From positions 352,001-416,000 of the forward strand of contig OY970323.1 of NCBI GenBank assembly GCA_963716985.1: DNA of 64,000 nucleotides. The letters are read 5' to 3'. Below the pieces are notes generated by a model that was not told where the DNA came from, searched no databases, and was given only the letters and a program-made list of their open reading frames with translations. Below are positions 59,381 to 64,000 of this stretch, piece by piece. How positions within the stretch are numbered: the first letter of the stretch is position 1; each line of letters starts with the position of its first letter. The DNA is from an uncultured bacterium (lineage in GTDB: Bacteria; Chlamydiota; Chlamydiia; Chlamydiales; SM23-39). The position numbers were made by a program, and so were the translations under genes.

Positions 59381-60514
59381 ATGTGGGATCATCGCACTCT
59401 TTGGAGAATAGATTTTCGTCTTTTGCTGGTGATCTTGGCGCTCATGCTGATCAGCCTATGTACCATTTCTTCCATGACAATGGAAGCAAATGAAGCGGGA
59501 CAAGAGAGTTTTTTGACCCATTATGTTGTGAATCAAATCCAGTGGTTTTTGCTCGGATGGGCAGTCTTTTTTTTCTTTGCGGGCTTGAATTATCGAATAT
59601 TTTCCGAGTGGGCATGGATTCTCTACATCGGTATGATTTTCTTGCTCTTGGGCCTTTATTTGGCCCGTCCCATCCAAAGCGTTCATCGTTGGTATCGCAT
59701 TCCTTTTTTGGGAGTGAATATGCAGCCCTCGGAATATGCAAAGCTGATCGTGGTCATTACGCTGGGATGGTTTTTGCAAAGAAAGGAGAGGGATCGCTCT
59801 TCTTTGCGCTGCGGTTTGCAGCTTTCCCTCATCGTCGGCATTCCTTTTGTGTTGATCTTGAAGCAGCCGGACTTAGGGACCGCCCTTGTGTTGTATCCGA
59901 TCTTTTTGGTCATGTGCTATTTTGGACAGATCCATCGCTGGATTTTACGATTTTTGATTGGCGGCGGAGTTGCGGCTCTCTTGATGGTGGCTCTTCTTTT
60001 TACAGGGACTCTTTCGCATGAGAAGATGTCTCCTTTTTTCTTGAGTTTTTTGAAGGAATATCAATATGAAAGACTCAATCCCAATACCTATCATCAAAGA
60101 GCTGCGCAAACGGCGATTGCCATCGGGGGGCTTACCGGGAGCGGTTGGCATAAGGGGGAGTTTTCGGCCAGAAAATGGCTGCCGGCGGCCCATACCGACT
60201 CCGTTTTTGCTGCTTTTGCCGAAGAATTTGGCCTTTTTGGCTGTTTGGCGCTCATCGCTCTTTTTTATATTTTTATCTATTTTTCCTTTCAAACCGTTGC
60301 TGTGGCGAAAGATGAATTCGGCCATCTTTTGTCTTCTGGCATTGCTGTTTATCTTGCAATGCATATTATTGTAAATATGGCAATGATGTGTGGTTTTTTG
60401 CCCATATCAGGGGTTCCTCTGGTGCTTGTGAGTTATGGAGGAAGTTCGACCCTAGCGACGATGGCTGCCTTAGGAATTTTACAAAGTATTTATACAAGAA
60501 GGTTTATGTTCTGA
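59381..60514 (+). CDS. rodA: Rod shape-determining SEDS protein
   Basis: QPSEYAK, KQPDLGTA, LPAAHTDSVF, GVPLVLVSYGGSS; next to birA as in Chlamydia. Confidence 0.9.
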   Translation: MWDHRTLWRIDFRLLLVILALMLISLCTISSMTMEANEAGQESFLTHYVVNQIQWFLLGWAVFFFFAGLNYRIFSEWAWILYIGMIFLLLGLYLARPIQSVHRWYRIPFLGVNMQPSEYAKLIVVITLGWFLQRKERDRSSLRCGLQLSLIVGIPFVLILKQPDLGTALVLYPIFLVMCYFGQIHRWILRFLIGGGVAALLMVALLFTGTLSHEKMSPFFLSFLKEYQYERLNPNTYHQRAAQTAIAIGGLTGSGWHKGEFSARKWLPAAHTDSVFAAFAEEFGLFGCLALIALFYIFIYFSFQTVAVAKDEFGHLLSSGIAVYLAMHIIVNMAMMCGFLPISGVPLVLVSYGGSSTLATMAALGILQSIYTRRFMF

Positions 60515-61023
60515 TGAATCCACATAACTTTATATTGATGCCCCATGCATGGATGGGAGAAGGGACAATCGTTTTAAACATGGTAGAGGAGGAGTTGAAC
60601 TTCTTTACCAAATGGCATGTTCAAGAGAAAAATAGCATAGGGACCATTTCCTCGATTCAAGAAATTCAGATTGCGGGGATTTCCGAGGTGATGCGCAATG
60701 AACTGACTTTTTTCGACTTTTCTTCGAAAGGGTTTTCCGTAGAAATGGAAAATGCCAATATTGGAAAAGTGGTAGGCATTGGAGTGATGGATGACAATCT
60801 AATCGCTTGGGAATTCCGCCAAAACGATCTCAATTTTGAAGGCTTTGAGACCTACCATCTGTTGAAAGACGGAAGCTATAAAATGCATGCAGAATATGTG
60901 ACAAGCGATCAGTTTCGCACGCAAATCAACGGTCGTATTTGGATCCCTCCTAATGGCTTTATCAGCAAAGAGATGGGCCCAACCGAAGAGGGGGAAAGCG
61001 AAGAAGAAGGAGAAGAAGAGTGA
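60514..61023 (+). CDS. Hypothetical protein with acidic tail
   Basis: ATG overlaps the rodA TGA; beta-rich sequence ending in poly-E. Confidence 0.7.
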   Translation: MNPHNFILMPHAWMGEGTIVLNMVEEELNFFTKWHVQEKNSIGTISSIQEIQIAGISEVMRNELTFFDFSSKGFSVEMENANIGKVVGIGVMDDNLIAWEFRQNDLNFEGFETYHLLKDGSYKMHAEYVTSDQFRTQINGRIWIPPNGFISKEMGPTEEGESEEEGEEE

Positions 61024-61364
61024 AGCGATGGTTCTTTTTGATTTTTTGTTTGCTCGGCGCCTGCAATACCCACATGGTGAGTATGGACAGGTATCAGGAC
61101 GTTTCCTTGGGATTTACCGCAGCCGATTTGGAAGAGCGTTTTGGCAAGCCCTATGCAACCCATTCCAAAAGCAATGGTGCCGTGGAATATGAGTATATCG
61201 AAAGGATTACTGCAGCCGGCCGCGTCCTCGTTCTTCGCCACTATTTCTTTGTCATCCAAGACGGCAAGGTCACGTCAAAAAGAATGATGACCGACAAAGA
61301 GGTTCCCCTAGACGATCGCAATAGCTTTGATTTGCAGACGTCGAAAAACTCGCTTTCTTTCTAG
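61020..61364 (+). CDS. Putative lipoprotein (BamE/SmpA-like pattern)
   Basis: Lipobox LGAC; GFT..DLEERFGKP. Confidence 0.65.
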   Translation: MKRWFFLIFCLLGACNTHMVSMDRYQDVSLGFTAADLEERFGKPYATHSKSNGAVEYEYIERITAAGRVLVLRHYFFVIQDGKVTSKRMMTDKEVPLDDRNSFDLQTSKNSLSF

Positions 61365-61567
61365 AGGGATTGAAAAGAAGTTTAGGGAAGCTTCAGCGTT
61401 TGTGCCGAACCTAATCAACATTTGGCTTTGCATTCTCATTCGGCCTCTTTCACAATTCCCACACTCATCCCTGCTGAATCGTCAGTTTTTCTGACCGAGC
61501 TGAGTCTCTCCAGCTTCTTTGGGGGGCCTCTTCTAATTCGTAACCGTCTAATCTACCCATCTTTTTC

Positions 61568-62309
61568 CTATTTCTGAGTAAATTCTTTGGCGTATTTAGA
61601 GGTAATAGCATCGATTTCTTGCTCTACTTTCTGAATCATTTCTCCAATGTAACAAATGTGGTTCAGCGACTGCCGAATCAAAAAACTATGATGTTTCGTA
61701 ACCCGTCCGGTTAAAGCTCTGACACAATCTTCTTTGGAGTGCTTGACTCTACCATTGACGTGTTCTGTAAGTTTCTTAGGATCCGTGATCCCTTTGGCAA
61801 GATCTTCGATAATTCGACTCCCGCTTTCTCCAAAAACGTCAGAGAGAACTGAGGAAAGCTTGATATTCGCCGTTTCTAATACTTTGATAATCCTGTTTTT
61901 TTCGGAAGCCATGACAGCCACAAGCTTACTGCGATAACGAGTAAAATCTCGAAGATTGCGCATATCTTCAGGAGGGATAAAGTTTTTCTCAAGAAGTCCA
62001 TTTTTCAGCAGCTTGCACAACCATTCACTATCCTTCATGTCTGTTTTATGTCCTGGCACGTTTTTAACATGCCGTGCATTGACCAGCATAAAATCGAAGT
62101 TCTCTTCTGCCAAAACGTTAAAAACAGGTTTCCAGTACACACCCGTGCTCTCAATTGCTACATGAATAATTTCGTGTTCCTTGAGCCATGCGCCAAGAGC
62201 CTGAATGCCATCAGTAAAAGTTGAGAATTCTCTGATTTCCTTATAGAGCTGTTTGCCATGACTCTTCATAATGCAGGCGGTCAAACTCTCTTGATGAACA
62301 TCAATACCA
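61568..62309 (-). pseudogene. Truncated IS110-family transposase
   Basis: GIDVHQESLTAC, IESTGVYWKP, PGHKTDMKD; N-terminus cut by a MITE; C-terminal Tnp domain missing. Confidence 0.88.
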
Positions 62310-62425
62310 GCAACTGCTCATAAAGTTGAGGTAAATCCCAATTTTTGGGCTTTAAGCAACGGTTTATCCATAGAGGACGGAAGCGTTCAAAAAAAGTTTA
62401 CGCCTCAACTTTATGAGCTCCTCAC
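62310..62425. mobile_element. MITE family F, derived from the IS66-like element
   Basis: GCAACTGCTCATAAAGTTGAGGTAAA ... CCTCAACTTTATGAGC match the TIRs of 11301..13055. Confidence 0.78.
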
Positions 62426-62558
62426 CGGGACTGTGTCTCTGGCAACATCTAAAAATAAGTGAGGTCACAAGAATACGGTAAAACCCCCAAAAAATGACAA
62501 ACCTCTGTAGAATGATCGACGCGATTATTTGAAACAACATCAACTAAAGAGGTTTGTC

Positions 62559-63986
62559 ATGAAAAAAAATACCAAAAAATATCCAAAAACTCAACCTGCA
62601 TCTGCATCTAATTTTAGATTGGCTCCCATAAATCCGTGTGTTGCCGGTATAGACATTGGAGCCAGCTCTGTATTCATTTGTATCGGTTTTCCCGATGGGC
62701 ACCAAGAAATACGCGAGTATTTAACCTTCACAGAGGATCTCAAGAACATGCTGTCCTGGATCCAACAGAATGAGATCCGGAGCGTAGCAATGGAATCTAC
62801 CGGAGTATACTGGATTCCGGTTTACGATATCTTGGCTCAGGCAGGGATAGATGTCATATTGGTAAATGCATATTACCTCAAAACAGTCCCGGGTAGAAAA
62901 ACCGATGTAAAAGATTGCCAATGGATCCAACAATTACACGCCTACGGATTACTTAGAGGATCATTTCGTCCCGATGATGAAGGAGTCATACTTCGCGGAT
63001 ATGTGAGGCAGAGAAGCCGTTTATTTGAATTGGCCTCTCAGCAGGTGCAATTGATGCACAAAGCCCTCGTGCAAATGAATCTCCAACTCAATCACGTAGT
63101 GAGTGACATTACGGGCGCTACAGGCATGAATATTATACGAGCGATTGTCTCTGGAGAACGATCTCCCTTAGTCTTAGCAAAATATCGAGATCCTCGATGC
63201 AAAAAAGATGAAAAAGAAATTGCAAAAGCTCTCGATGGCAACTATCGAGAGGAACATCTACTGGCGCTGAAACACGCTCTTGCAGCTTATGATTTTTTCC
63301 ATCAACAGGCTTTGGAGTGCGAAGAGGCTATAGAGCAAGTACTGAAGAAATGGGAAGAAGCGCAACCGAAAAAAAATATGCCGGCTCCAAGATCGACTCC
63401 TGCAGAACATTCAAGTAAAAATGGGCGAGGAACACAGAAAAAGACGAAATACAACCTCAGTCCATATCACTTTGAAGCAGAAGGTTCTCTCGAAAGAATT
63501 CTTCACGTCAACTTGACTGACATTCCCGGACTGGACGTGAATGGGATTATAAAAATTCTAGGAGAGATTGGCATGGATATGTCCAAATGGCCGAGTGCGA
63601 AACATTTCGCTTCTTGGCTTGGGCTTTGTCCCGGCAACAAGATTTCCGGTGGCAAGATTTTGAGCGGCAAGACCAAGCCAACTGCCAACAGGGCAGCACA
63701 AGCATTACGCTTAGCAGCCAATGCCCTTTACCGCTCCAAAACAGCCCTTGGCGCCTATTTTCGTAGGATGCGAGCAAGACTCGGTGCTCCAAAAGCGATC
63801 ACAGCGGCAGCACATAAACTTGCAAAAATTCTGTATACGATGCTGAAAGAGCGCAAAAATTTTACAGAAGTTGGACAAGCTGCATACGAACAGGCATATA
63901 AAGAAAGACAGCTATTGTCATTGCAGAAACGAGCACGAGAACTAGGATATGGGCTAGTGCTCTGTCACCCTTTAATTTTAGGATAA
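62559..63986 (+). CDS. IS110-family transposase (RuvC-like DEDD plus Tnp serine domain)
   Basis: GIDIG, MESTGVYW, KTDVKD, SWLGLCPGNKISGG, AITAAAHKLA; last residues come from MITE B. Confidence 0.93.
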   Translation: MKKNTKKYPKTQPASASNFRLAPINPCVAGIDIGASSVFICIGFPDGHQEIREYLTFTEDLKNMLSWIQQNEIRSVAMESTGVYWIPVYDILAQAGIDVILVNAYYLKTVPGRKTDVKDCQWIQQLHAYGLLRGSFRPDDEGVILRGYVRQRSRLFELASQQVQLMHKALVQMNLQLNHVVSDITGATGMNIIRAIVSGERSPLVLAKYRDPRCKKDEKEIAKALDGNYREEHLLALKHALAAYDFFHQQALECEEAIEQVLKKWEEAQPKKNMPAPRSTPAEHSSKNGRGTQKKTKYNLSPYHFEAEGSLERILHVNLTDIPGLDVNGIIKILGEIGMDMSKWPSAKHFASWLGLCPGNKISGGKILSGKTKPTANRAAQALRLAANALYRSKTALGAYFRRMRARLGAPKAITAAAHKLAKILYTMLKERKNFTEVGQAAYEQAYKERQLLSLQKRARELGYGLVLCHPLILG

Positions 63987-64000
63987 ATTGACTTGAGTTT
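63954..64000. mobile_element. MITE family B, second copy running off the window
   Basis: CTAGTGCTCTGTCA...TTTAATTTTAGGATAAATTGACTTGAGTTT matches 8301-8347. Confidence 0.8.

Noticed and set aside
61370..61567. Non-coding stretch after the truncated IS110 as a possible ncRNA
   Set aside because: No convincing stems, repeats or known motifs were found by eye.

Overview
Genomic window from a Chlamydiota-type bacterium, probably an environmental lineage. The assignment is inferred from the sctJ-(CT560-like)-sctL-sctR-sctS-sctT type III secretion operon, the rluB/gpmA/nifU/birA/rodA neighbourhood and many Inc-like proteins. Housekeeping blocks (glyA, clpP, ald, SWIM-SNF2, der, SulP, pgeF-rfbCDB, GT2/GT9, ABC transporter, glgP, alr, cysK) alternate with accessory islands. 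The islands hold duplicated effector-like genes: Inc-like WYQW family, clan-CD protease-like, retropepsin-like, F-box, possible ADP-ribosyltransferase, LRR and Fic. They also hold many mobile elements: IS66-like, IS3, two IS110, an internally deleted group II intron and about six families of short TIR elements, two of them nested. The most striking feature is a 360-bp protein-free IscB-type omegaRNA (HEARO-like) IS200/605 element. It sits exactly in the reconstructed ATGA stop/start overlap between the CT560-like gene and sctL, and its guide/TAM geometry matches the empty allele. No tRNA, rRNA or CRISPR array was recognised. All family assignments come from motif reading by eye, not database searches.
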